Assembly (NCBI RefSeq): GCF_009914755.1
Contig: NC_060938.1
From: the human T2T-CHM13v2.0 reference genome, Homo sapiens
Reading direction: 5' to 3' (one strand)
DNA: 64,000 bases
Within the stretch, counting starts at the first letter, position 1. Each line of letters opens with the position of its first letter. The notes beneath the pieces are model-generated. The model saw only the letters and a list, made by a program, of their open reading frames with translations, did not search any database and was not told the DNA's origin. The position numbers and the translations under genes are program-made. Shown one piece after another: positions 1-18,751 of the stretch.

Positions 1-24
1 ACCAGCCTGGGCAACACAGGGAGA

Positions 25-830
25 ATAGGACAAAAGAAACAGGTGAGGACATAATGGCTGAAAATTTTGCAGAACTTATGAAATATAGAAATTCTCAGAT
101 TTAAGAAGCCAAATAAATCCCAAGGAGGAAAAATGAAAAGAAAATTTGGACACATCATAGTGCAACTGAACAGCTAAGGCAAAGGGAACAAAGAAGATCT
201 AAAACAAAAGACATATGCCATGTTAACGGATTGGAAGCCTCAATACTGTGAAAATGTGAAACCCTCTTCAAACTGATTTACAGATTTAACACAATCCCAA
301 TCAAAATCCAAACAGGTTTTTTGGAAGAACGTGACAAAATTGAAAAGGTCAAGAATAGCTGGAACACTTTTGAAGAACAAAGGTGAAGGATTTATACCAC
401 TGGCCATAAAAACTCATTTTAAAGGTACTAATTAAGACAATATTGTTTTAGTGTGAGGAGAGATGAATAGTTCAAATGAATAGAGTCAACAATCCACATA
501 TACATTTATGATCTATACTTGATTTATGACAATAGTATGACCACAATGTAGTGAAGGAAAGGATTGTATTTTCAGTAAATGGTGCTGGTTAATTGGACAA
601 CCTTATGGAAAAATATGAATCTTGACCACTATCTCAAAGCACATACACATAAATTCCAGATGGTTCGTAGTCTTAAATGTGAAAGGTCAAACAACAAAGC
701 TTCTCAATGGTAACAGAAGAGAATAGTCTCATGACATAGGACATAGAGAACATTAACTAAAAAGATTGATAAACTGGACTTCATTAAAATTAATAAATTA
801 TATTCATCAAAAATATGTACATAAATATTG
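25..830 (+). mobile_element. Old L1M (L1MC/L1ME-type) fragments
   Basis: Degenerate L1 ORF2 3' motifs such as cagtaaatggtgctgg and aactggacttcattaaaatt. Confidence 0.65.
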
Positions 831-879
831 TATATTTATGGTTTATGTATTGTTCTGTAATGTGTAATATTTTATAATA

Positions 880-1300
880 ACAAAGCTAAATCCAACAATG
901 CCACTGCTGGGTATATATCCCAAGGAAATGAAATCAGTATGGCAAAGAGATATCTGTACTTCTATGTTCATTGCAGCACTATTCAGAGTAGCTAAGATGT
1001 AGAATCAACCTAGGTGTTCATCAGCCGATGAATGGATAAAGAAAATGTATACATGCACAATTGAATATATTCAGCCTTAAAAAAGAAGAAATTCTTGTCA
1101 TTTGTGACAACATGGATGAACCTGGAGGACATCATGTTAAGTGAAATAATTCAGGTACAGAAAAACAAATATTACATGATCCCAATTATACGCAAAATCT
1201 AAAAAAAAACTGAACTCAGAAGTAGAGAGTAGAATGGTGGTTGCCAAGGGCTGGTGAGGGAGGGGAGATGCTGGGAAAAAAAGGTAAAGTTTGAGTTGAA
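880..1300 (+). mobile_element. L1MA/L1MB 3' end fragment
   Basis: ccactgctgggtatatatcccaaggaaatg...gatgaatggataaagaaaatg...tggtggttgcc. Confidence 0.75.
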
Positions 1301-2190
1301 TGTCAATCTTTGAATGTTCCTCCAATAACTCATGAGAATTATGATTGGATGTCACTAAGAGCCCATAGTTTCTACCCTAGTGAAAATAATAAATAAGCAA
1401 GAGCCTTGCATTCTTTGAAGTGATCACTCACTTATAACCATGGAATTTGGCTAAGGGCTATGGATTAAAGGAAAACTCTTTGACCAAGTAAGCCATGCCA
1501 GTTTAGGGGTCCTAGACTGTTCAGAAAATCATGTGGGCTAGAAAATGTGGAGTTATTGTCAGAAAGTTGTCTACTAGCTTCTGCAGTAGGAAACAAATGG
1601 GAGGAAAAATAATATTTTGCTCACAAAATGAAAGACAAATTCGAAACCAACCAACCAGCCAACAAACCAACCTTGTCTGGTTTCTGTCTGTTGTTAGGTA
1701 TCCTTGCAAATAAAAGAATCACAGTAGCCCAGAGGGGAAGCCATCTCTCATGCTGATAGCTCACAAAAGCAAAAATGGAAAGCATTTAATTGGTACAAAT
1801 CATTCTTCTGGGAGGGAGCTGCCTTTGATATCCCTGATGAGCCTCAGGGCATGGGTACAGAGGCAGATATTATGCTTTGTAAAAGAGGGAGAAGAATTTG
1901 GATGTGGGGTGGTATCCTACAGCAAGAAGATAGATGAGGAACTGTGAGAGAAAGAAAAGGTGGTGAACAAGATGGCTTTGTGCTCTGCAACAGGATTTCT
2001 CCCCATGACCACTAAAATTTCCAACAGAGTTTGCAATAGATCATGAAATGCTTAGTGTAATTAAATTTGTTTTAGAAACTAGTGAAAAATGTGAATTTTA
2101 TATCCTGGTTGACTTGGGCAAAACAAAGATAGAGGATGTAGACAGAGAGTACCTGACCCAAGTCCTGAACAATTAAAATTAAGTATGTGT

Positions 2191-2729
<539 letters not shown>

Positions 2730-2852
2730 TTAAGTTTGGATATATGAGGTGTTGGGAAGAGATACTAAGGATATTTCTCCTTCAATACAAGGGACAAGAA
2801 GAATTTCAGTTATGTCTAGTGTGTATGTATATTTGTGTGTATAAGTAATTAA

Positions 2853-3169
<317 letters not shown>

Positions 3170-3474
3170 ACTGTTTTATAATATAGTATTTGTCACTCAA
3201 TAACGTATTATGAGCAATACTGATACTTATTTAACCAAGGCCTTTTGGTTGAATTTTAATTGTATTACTCACCCTCACCCCCAATTTTTCACTATCCTAA
3301 TGAAGGCTTCATTGAATATTTTGAGGCTAAATCTTGGTTTACTCACATGATTATCTACTTATGATATGATTTTTTTTTAACCTAAGTTTGAAAAATGTCT
3401 AGTGAATTTTCCTGGGGGCTAAATCTGACTCAAATACTTCTAAATAAGTATTTAGAATATTATATTATAATATG

Positions 3475-3922
3475 TGTATTAGTCAGGGTTCTCTAGAGGG
3501 ACAGAACTAACAGGATAGATGTATACATAAAGGGGAGTTTATTAAGGAGTATTAACTCACACAATCACAAGGTCCCACAATAGGCCATCTGCAAGCTGAG
3601 GAGCCAGGAAGCCAGTCCAAGTACCAAAGCTGAAGAACCTGGAATCTGGTGTTCGAGAGCAGGAAGCATCCAGCATGGGAGAAAGATGTAGTCTGGGAGG
3701 CTAAGCTGGTCTAGTCTTTTCACGTTTTTTTGCCTGCTTTATATCCTGGCCACACTGGCAGCTGATTAGATGCTGCCCACCCAGATTAAGGGTGGGTCTG
3801 CTTTTCCCAGCCTACTGACTCAAATGTTAATCTCCTTTGGCAACACCCTCACAGACACACCCAAGATCAATACTTTGCATCCTTTGATCTAGTCAAGTTG
3901 ACACTCAGTATTAACCATCACA
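3475..3922 (-). mobile_element. MLT2A1-type (HERV-L) solo LTR
   Basis: TG...CA ends, 448 bp, 5-bp TSD atatg (3470-3474 and 3923-3927); minus strand starts TGTGATGGTTAATACTGAGTGTCAAC. Confidence 0.88.
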
Positions 3923-4296
3923 ATATGATATATAATATTTAGAATATTCTTAAGTGTAGAGCAGGTTGCTGCACTTCACAGGCGTAGCACACAACAGCAA
4001 GAAGATTCTAACTTTCTAAATAATTCACATCAAAAATATCCATTAATCCATTAATCATGGATAGTCCTAAGGTACCCATACTCACATGAAAAGTTACCAA
4101 AAAACAGTTCCTCTGTACATGGACAACCTTTGCTCTTTGATATAATTAAAGTACTTTGGGAGGAGATAAAATTTTTTAAATTACTACAAACAACCATATT
4201 ATTGGTCAATGAAAAACATCCTTTTGAAAAATTCTATATTTCTCACATATTTTAAACATTAACTAAAAATGAAATGTAATTATAATGTAAAAGTCA

Positions 4297-4422
<126 letters not shown>

Positions 4423-4640
4423 TCATATAAGAACATACTTTTGAATTCTAAGGCAAGGTGGCCAAATAGGAACAGCTGCAGTATACAGCTCCCAGTGTGA
4501 GTGACACAGAAGATGGGTGATTTCTGCATTTCCAACCGAAGTACCGGGTTCATCTCACTGGGGCGTGTTGGACAGTGGGTGCAGGACAGTGGGTGCAGCC
4601 CACTGAGCGAGAGCTGAAGCAGGGCGAGGCATCACCTCAC

Positions 4641-4895
4641 CTAGGAAGCACAAGGGGTAAGGGAATTCCCTTTCCTAGCCAAGGGAAGCCATGACAGACA
4701 GCAACTGGAAAATCCGGTCACTCCCACCCTAATACTGCACTTTTCCAAGGGTCTTAGCAAACGGCACACCAGGAGATTATATCCCGCGCATGGCTCAGAG
4801 GATCCCACGCCCATGGAGCCTCGCTCATTGCTAGCACAGCAGGCTGAGATCCAACTGCAAGGCAGCAGCGAGGCTGGGGGAGGGGCGCCCGCCAT
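4641..4895 (-). CDS. L1 antisense ORF0 homolog, 84 aa (MAGAPPPASLLPCSWISACCASNERGSMGVG...)
   Basis: N-terminus matches primate L1 ORF0 (MAGAPPPASL...); strong Kozak GCAATGG; open to TAG; expression not shown. Confidence 0.55.
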   Translation of the reverse strand: MAGAPPPASLLPCSWISACCASNERGSMGVGSSEPCAGYNLLVCRLLRPLEKCSIRVGVTGFSSCCLSWLPLARKGNSLTPCAS

Positions 4896-5470
4896 TGCCA
4901 AGGCTTGAATAGGTAAACAAAGCGGCCTGGAAGATGGAACAGGGTGGAGCCCACCACAGCTCAAGGAGGACTGCCTGCCTCTGTAGGCTCCAACTCTGGG
5001 GGCAGGACATAGCCGAACAAAAGGCAGCAGAAACCTCTGCAGATTTAAACGTCCATGTCTGACACCTTTGAAGAGAGTAGTGGTTCTCCCGGCACGGAGT
5101 TTGAGATCTGAGAACAGACAGACTGCCTCCTCAAGTGGGTCCCTGACCCCCGAGTAGCCTATCCAGGAGGCACCTCCCAGTAGGGGCAGACTGACACGTC
5201 AACTGGCCGGGTACACCTCTGAGACGAAGCTTGCAGAGGAATGATCAGGCAGCAACATTTGCTGTTCAGCAATATTCACTGTTCTGCAGCCTCCGCTGCT
5301 GACACCCAGGCAAACAGGGTCTGGAGTGGACCTCCAGCAAACTCCAACAGACCTGCAGCTGAGGGTCCTGACTGTTAGAAGGAAAACTAAAAAACAGAAA
5401 GGACATCCACACCAAAACCCCATCTGTACATCACCATCATCATAGACCAAAGGTAGATAAAACCACAAAG

Positions 5471-6483
5471 ATGGGGAAAAAACAGAGCAGAAAAGCTGAA
5501 AATTCTAAAAATCAGAGCACCTCCCCCCCTCCAAAAGAACACAGCTCCTCACCAGCAATGGAACAAAGCTGGATGGAGAATGACTGACAAGTTGAGAGAA
5601 GAAGGCCACAGATGATCAAACTTCTCCAAGCTAAAGGAGGAAATTCGAACTCATCACAAAGAAGCTAAAAACCTCGAAAAAAGATTAGACGAATGGCTAA
5701 CTAGAATAACCAGTGTAGAAAAGTCCTTAAATGACCTCATGGAGCTGAAAACCATGGTACGTGAACTACGTGACAAATGCACAAGCTTCAGTAGCTGATT
5801 TCATCAACTGGAAGAAAGGGTATCAGTGATTGAAATCAAATGAATGAAATGAAGCGAGAAGAGAAGTTTAGAGAAAAAACAGTAAAAAGAAATGAACAAA
5901 GCCTCCAAGAAATATGGGACTATGTGAAAAGACCACATCTACGTCTGATTGGTGTACCTGAAAGTGACAGGGAGAATGGAACCAAGTTGGAAAACACTCT
6001 GCAGGGAATTATTCAGGAGAACTTCCCAACCTAGCAAGGCAGGCCAACATTCAAATTCAGGAAATACAGAGAACGCCACAAAGATACTCCTCCAGAAGAG
6101 CAACTCCAAGACACATAATTGTCAGATTCACCAAAGTTGAAATGAAGGAAAAAATGTTAAGGGCAGCCAGAGAGAAAGGTTGGGTTACCCACAAAGGGAA
6201 GCCCAGCAGATTAACAGCTGATCTCTCAGCAGAAACTCTACAAGCCAGAAGAGAGTGGGGACCAATATTCAACATTCTTAAAGGAAAGAATTTTCAACCC
6301 AGAATTTCATATCCAGCCAAACTAAGCTTCATAAGTGAAGGAGAAATAAAATCCTTTACAGACAAGCAAATGATGAGAGATTTTGTCACCACCAGGCCTG
6401 CCCTACAAGAGCTCTTGAAGGAAGCACTAAACATGGAAAGGAAGAACCGGCACCAGCCACTGCAAAAACATGCCAAATTGTAA
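5471..6483 (+). pseudogene. L1 ORF1, disrupted by frameshifts and stops
   Basis: ATG GGG AAA AAA CAG start; ORF1p fragments 5840..6034 and 6142..6483 lie in different frames. Confidence 0.92.
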
Positions 6484-6546
6484 AGACCATCGAGGCTAGG
6501 AAGAAACTGCATCAACTAACGAGCAAAATAACCAGCTAACATCATA

Positions 6547-10371
<3,825 letters not shown>

Positions 10372-10739
10372 ACAATGAGAACACATGGACACAGGAAGGG
10401 GAACCTCACACACCGGGGCCTGTTGTGGGGTGGGGGGAGGGGGGAGGGATAGCATTAGGAGATATACCTAATGTAAATGACGAGTTAATGGGTGCAGCAC
10501 ACCAACATGGCACATGTATACATATGTAACAAACCTGCATGTTGTGCACATGTACTCTAGAACTTAAAGTATAAAAAACAAAAAGAAAAAGAAAAAAAAA
10601 AAGAACATGCTTTCCAGAAAAGTCATATTTCCTTATGAAATCAAAAAGTTCCAGTCCCCATCTCCCCATATAACATATTTATGTATATATTTATCAAAAT
10701 AAACAAAAATGTATACTCCTTTGAACTGATGAATTATTT

Positions 10740-12050
10740 ATTTATTTATTCTTTCACTTAAGAAGCAATTATTGAACACATACGCTGCCAGATATGTTTC
10801 AGGTACTAGGGATACAGCATATGCAAGGTCCCTACCCTCATGAAAACTACATTCCATGGAGGGATCAGGAGATAAGCAAGTTATCAAAAAATAAGTAATA
10901 TATCTCAGATACTATTAAGTGCTCCAAAGAACGCAAAGTAGGATAAACCATAAAAGGATCCTGGGAGCAAGAATGCAGCTCTAGACAGGTGGTCAGGGAA
11001 GACCTTTTTGGAATGACCTCTGAAAGACTTGAATGTTAAGACAGAGCCAGCAACATGAAGATCTGAAGGAAGAGCTTTTCAGGTGGAAGAAACGTCAGGC
11101 GTCAAGACAGAGGCAGGAAAAAGCTTGGTGTGTTCGAGGAAGAAGGATGGTGAGGCTGGAGACATAGACTGGAACTTGATCATGTAGGGTGTTAAGGTCA
11201 GGCTAGAAGTTCAGATTTTATTCTGAAGGGAACAGGGGAAGATTATTTAAGCAGAAGAGCAACATGAACCTATGGACATCTTGTAGGGATGACTCTGGTT
11301 ACTTTGTGGAGAAAGACAACTGTGGAGGAAGATCATGTAGAAGGCTCTGGTGGTGATCCAGAAAAGATCACGGCTGTTCAGGCTAAAGCTACAGTGGTGG
11401 CAGTGGTAAGAAATAGATATATTCAGCATATATTTTGAATATGAAGGCAATAGGACGTGACTTTGGATTTGGCTGGAGTAAGAGTTGAGTCAGGGTTGGG
11501 TAGTGAGGAAAGCAGAAATGGTAGATGGCCCCTGGGCTTTTGGCTGGACTAACTAGGTAAATGGCGGTGCCACATTAACTGATAATGGAAGACTGTGGGA
11601 AGAGCTGTTTCAGGAAGGTGAGAAATCAAGAGTCTGTTCAGGACATGTTATATCTATATAAGACAGATATATAATAGACATCTTCCAAGTGGAGAGGTCA
11701 AGTAAGGTGTACAGTATCTGCATTTAGAGCTCAAGTCATTGAGGTAAAGAAAGTATTTAAAGCCACGAGACTGAATAAAATCACATTGGGAGGGTATGAG
11801 CAGAGAATAGTGAAGGACTGAGAACTTGAAATTTAGAGTCGTAAAAAAGAATTGGAACAAGTAAAGGATCCTAAAAAGCAGCAGCCAGTGTGATCAGTGA
11901 AATAAGAAAACATGATATTTAGGAAGCTAAGTGAAGGAAGTACAAGAAGGTGGAAGTGATAAACTGTCAAATTCTATTATGAATTTGAGAACTTTCAGGA
12001 ATTGACTAGACCACTAAACTTTAACAGGATGGAAGCCATTAGTAACCGTG
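10740..12050 (-). mobile_element. L2 LINE remnant
   Basis: Typical L2 3' end (ttattgaacac...gggatacag...ccctcatg) and purine-rich body. Confidence 0.65.
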
Positions 12051-14077
12051 GCAATTCTGAAACCACGTTGGCGCAAAAAAGCAACTATAGTCTCCATAAC
12101 CTCATACACTTTAATGGCAAGGATATACTCTAGGCCACATATTGGATGTCATTTATATACAACATTTAACTTTCACATTTCTCATGTGCTGAAAACCAGC
12201 TGAATGCCAAAGAAACCCCATAGCGAATTAGAAAGGTAGGCATTGGATTCACCTTTATCTGTGTAATCACACTGGATATCAATGATAAGAAAGAACAAGG
12301 ATCAAACTGCAGTGCCTCCTGTCGATCTATGGAGCATTTGAGTTACTCTTATTTGTCCAAACGCACATGGAATTTAAACTTATGGTTGAGTGATTTTGTT
12401 TTCCTCAGTATTTTGAATTCAAAATAGGTAACAAGGCTATTAACCAGCTTGCAATTTAAAGATTTAATGAAGGAAAATGAAGGGTTAAGGATTGATAGGA
12501 AAGTGTGTCGTGCAAATTATTTTAGTTTCTTGTATAATTTCTTATAGAAATCTTATAAAACAGCACTGATTCTTCAAATCCACCAAGCGGGAACTAGGTT
12601 GCCTCTCCCTATCTTCACAGACAGAGGAAACAGCTAAGGAAGAAAATAGAAAGAATACAAGGAACTTTCTTTTAATTTTCCAGGTAATAAAGAGAAAGAG
12701 CAAATTTTTTGAATAAAAAGGAGGATCACTTGTATCCTCAACCACCACATTAATATAAAGCACTTTTCTTTGGTGAGATTCTACATGAATCCAAACTCTT
12801 AAAAAGCTGGGATTATAGATAATGATAAATCATTACAAATGGAAGATCAATGAATCCTCACACGTTAGCTAACATGAAGACTGCTTATAAATAAAATTTC
12901 ATCAACGTAGTGAGGTTTTTATTCATAACAGCTAGAAATAATTTGAGGTAATCCATATCTTTCACTATGACTTTTTTGTCTAGTTTTTCTTCAAAATATA
13001 TGTAAACTAATACTATTGAATCACAAAATAAAAGAGTTTTTTTGAGTTTTAGTTGTGGTATTAATTGAGCTTTCTTAATTTTTAATCTGATACTGAAGAT
13101 AAAGATTATTGCCTATTTTATGAACTGATGATGGTAGATCAGCATTGTACTCTACAAATCCTGTTTTGAAAGACCTATTATAATTTTAATTACAATATAT
13201 TCAAATATATATAGAAATGAGCCATGTTATAACAAGATTCTACATGTGAGGTTACTTGTATTTTGGGAATCTGCTCAGTCCACAATTTGTTTCTTAAACT
13301 GTCAGTGAACCACTGGAGTAGTCCCCGGAAGCCATGTTATAAGACTCCATCTTCTTGTGCAGAGCTGATTGGATCAGGAACCAAAGCTGAGCCAAACACA
13401 TTCTGATATGAAATCTGGGGATTTTCGGGGGAGAGAGTGTGTTGACCAATCTTTAAAGATTGTTGGACCTGTGCCAGGTCAATTCGGAGGATTTGGCATA
13501 GCCAGACATTGCCATGTGCTCACCAAGAAGAGAATACTGTGTGCAGATAAAGAGAGGAGTAAAACACTTCCACAAAATGAAGCACAGACTGAGGCTTTGG
13601 ATGGATGGAAGACCTCCTTCAGTTTCTGGTTCCAGTCCCACGTGTAGCAGTTTTTGCCCTGAGGCTTCCCTGTATTTTCTTAGGAAGTTTGGCAAGTATC
13701 CTTTGAGTAAGAACAACTCTAACAGCATGGGTAGATGGGTTGTAGCCTATGATATGTCCCACTAATGCCGTCCCTCATGGGCATTTTTGTTTATAGGGAG
13801 TTCGGAACTGAAATGAGAATAATATAGACATTCCAAAGAGTCCTTTCCTTTCCCCAAGCTGACAGCATCTTTAATTTTTTCTCTTGATCATCAGCTAATT
13901 TCACAATGAAAAGGTGACTCTATAAAGCTTTCACATATATTTTAGTAAACTAAGAGAATATAATTTTCATGTCAAATTAAAGACATGTTTTTAAAAATGA
14001 AAACATAGCATATTAACTATATTATATCATATTAACATATCTCGAAACATTTAAGTAAAAATAAAGCATTACACTTA

Positions 14078-14188
<111 letters not shown>

Positions 14189-15374
14189 CTATTAAAAATT
14201 AAACAAAAATATGGCATCCAATCATCACCAAGTGATTCATAACAGCAGTTCAATTCCACTCAATATTCATGAATTACTCATTCAACTTTTACATTAGGAG
14301 TGTACTTCAAGGAAAAAAAGCAATCATTATAATTGTTTCTCTATAAAATAAACTTGGACACAAATAATTCTGAAATCATCAGAAAAAAACAAAATTTAGA
14401 GGGGAAGATGGCTAAATACAGCAGTGAGAATGTGAAAACTGTTTTTACAAACTTTTGAGACAAGAATTAACTTTGTCTAACACTTAAAAAAATTAAACAA
14501 ATCCATAGTGTCACAATCATCTTCATTTATCATCCCAGGATACCAAAATGAGTATTATTTTAAAAAGTCAAAACAAATTGGGTCTTTTGTCTCCCTTGAT
14601 ATCTATGTTTGTGCTGAAAAGAATTTTTATTTCTTAATATTTAATCAAAATTTAGGAAATGGAATAATTGGATACTGTGAAAAAAAGTTATGATTTACAG
14701 GAAGGAAAAATTGATGGAGAAAATTCATAATGAAACCGACATTTTTGCAATGCAATTTTGGGACCAAGAAAAGGAAAGTCTAACTTATTCAGCCTTGGGT
14801 TTGCATTTCAGCTTGTGAGGGACAATGAAGCTTAGACAAGGCTGATCAAACAAATTCCTCTTCTCTCCAACAGAGAATTACCATGGACATAATATTTAAT
14901 GCCATCTAACCCTGGACAGCAATGTGGGATCAGAGATACACCTGTGGGGAGAATAGAGGCACTCTCAGCCACGCCAGGTGAGAGAGGTGGGTAAAAGCTA
15001 CTCAAAATGGTTTCTTTCTCTAGAGCACCCATAGCTAGTTCCAGAGCTAACTGGAATCGTAGAACTACCATCAGAATGAGCTAAATGTTGAGAGGCCTCT
15101 GATCAATCATCAGAATTAGGGATACATGCTGAAGGCCTGATAGGCCTGACATCTGTTATCTTTAGTCCTCAGTCCTCCTTGCCTGGACAGGTAGGCCGCC
15201 TTAAGGGTCACATGCTATTATTTTTTCTGCCAACAACATATCAATGTTACCTGGCTGCAGAGACGTCCCATGTGAGAGTTAATCTGAAATTCCTTGTGGT
15301 CTCAGTCTATAGCCAAAATACTGTTTTCAAACCTCAGCCAACAACAACGGCAACAAACTACCAAATATAATGCA

Positions 15375-15540
15375 CTTAATAGGCATGACCTCATTTAATC
15401 TTTACAAAAATGCTCTGCAGTAGGCAATATTAATACTTCCATTTTATAGATGAGGAAACTAAAGGTTTGTAGAACTAAGATTTGAACGCAGCTCTGTGTG
15501 AGACTCAAGTTTGTGCTTCCAAAACTATTCTCTACTGATG
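15375..15540 (-). mobile_element. MIR
   Basis: Core cattttatagatgaggaaact. Confidence 0.7.
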
Positions 15541-16659
15541 GAGGGGTAGGAAGGTGGGCAGGCTGGATTGTGGGAAGTGGGGAAGGACCCGGAGGCAAAT
15601 TTACTCCTGCCGCCTTCAAAATAATTTGGGCTTAGAGATCTTCGGAGTACAGGCTAAGGAAGACATATTTCATTTTTCCCAAGCTAGTTGGTGGTGCACT
15701 CGATTTATGATTTATGAGGCCACAACTGGAAATATGAGCGTGGGCATGCAGATAGAATACGTTTTATATAGCCTTTCTATTTTCCTATAGGCTTAGTGCT
15801 TCCTTACTATGTTGAAATTTAAAAACAGATAATAATTTTTCAAATGCACATATTTGGGAGAAAATTTTCATTTTATTAATGCTTTGTAATTGGATATCAT
15901 AATAGATATATTGTAATTAAAATGAGCAGAACCACCCCATATAAAATATTCAGTTTTACTGTTGTACCAGTATAGGTTTGCATGTGATTTTTCAAGACAC
16001 ATAGAAAAAATACACTAAAGATTCATTAGTTCAATTAATTGTGATAAGAAGTTAACAGGCATTTTTGTTTTAATTAACATACAAGTAGTATTTACATTAA
16101 CCACTTCAATTATAGTCACCTCCATAAGCTTATGTTTTCTTATCTTTAAAATAAAGATAATCCTCACAAAATACTTACCACAGTGTTGCCTTTCAGTAAA
16201 TGTTATCACAATTTTTTTGACAGAAGTACAGAGCTCTGATGTATTTTCTAATTTAAATAGACAAATGGTCTCCTTTACATATTAATGTTGCTGTACTCAA
16301 TAGAGAGCCTAAACTCTGTTCTATTATTCCACATTCAGAATTAAGGACTCAGCCCATGGTTATTCATTTTGTTATACAAAATGAAGCAATCTCATGGAAA
16401 TGTTATATGTATCAATACATTTGGTTAGTTCTGTATATTTTTTTAAATCAATATTTTAACAGTATTTTGGCCCATCAAATGCAGTTTGTATCTAAGGCAT
16501 TCCACATTTCCTTCTTCCCATCATATTCCTGAAGAGGAAACCACAATTGCACCATAACGCTTTAAAGAAAGTGTCAGAAAATGTTAACGTGCAGAAAACA
16601 TCCTCTCAGCATGACATGAAGATGAATTACAATCAACTCCTTTTTTATTGAGGTGCCTA

Positions 16660-16821
<162 letters not shown>

Positions 16822-17969
16822 CTATAGTGACAAGCATAAGATACCAATTTAAAAAGCCTATTAGCACAACAAAGTTTAAAAAATCTTTTAAAAACAGTGT
16901 CAACCTAATTCATATTTAATCTAAGTATAACATATTCAAGTATAGTAATAAGTAAAAAATAAACCTAAAAACCAGGGTTTCCTTATTTTGCAGTATCACA
17001 GGAAAAAGCATGAGCCACAAAGGCCAAACTGTAATTATTGAATATTGAAATAGTAAATTTGTAAGAGCAATACTAACAATGATTGTTAATAACTAATTAT
17101 AAAAGTAATTGCCACGGTAGTGATTTAATAGTAAATCACCACAGCAGTGGTGACCGGATTTACAACGTACTAAGCAAACAAGAAGAGTCGAAGGAAGGAT
17201 TGAAGAAATTATCTGGGAATCTAAATTCACATTATTTAATGGGAAATAAAACCAGCTAAACACAGAGTAAACAAAATCATCAAAGACAGAGCAGCTTGTA
17301 ATCCTGGAAAACTTCTTACCATTTTATCACAGTGCCACTTGTTAGACCCTAATGAACGATGTCACCCTCTTATCAAAACCACCTCTCCCCCAGTCAACCA
17401 GAGCAGAACAAGGAAGAAACAATCATAACAGATCTGATGCTGAATTTTAATTAACATGGCACAGCAGGCAGTTCAGCTCCTGCAGTGGCAGAAAAAGATG
17501 CAGTAGTTATCCCTCCCCCACCCTCACAAATTTTGCTGCTCTCGAAACATTGTTTTCTCTTTAAAGCCCTCAGTTCTGCCTGGCCCCACTGCATGCTGCT
17601 GCTCTCTCTGATTCATTTATCAGGAACAGCAGGGCTGGGCTGGTGCCCTATCTGAATACCCTAGTCCTGTCCATACAGACACAGTCTCAGGGTTATCAAA
17701 GGCAACTGGATAAGATGGTAGCCTATTCCTTGTCCCTGTATGGCAGCATATAAGCAAGGGGACACCCCAGTGTTACAAATCCTGTCACTTATATTCTTAC
17801 CCATGAACTGAGATGCTGCTACCAATCAAATGTCTTCCCCAAGAGCAGAAGTGTCCTTGAGTCTCCCGCTCATCCCGTTTTCCCAGCGCGTTCACAGAAG
17901 ATACCACAGAGGCTGCTTGCCAGCCTTGAGGACAAATAAATTATTTCCCATTTCCTGCTCCAGATTCTA

Positions 17970-18278
<309 letters not shown>

Positions 18279-18362
18279 CTAAGAAAGGAATAGTCTGTGT
18301 GGTGAGAAGAGCCCTCAGCAAGAGGAAAAGTGTAAGGAATACTTATTTTATGACTGTGTTTA

Positions 18363-18751
<389 letters not shown>

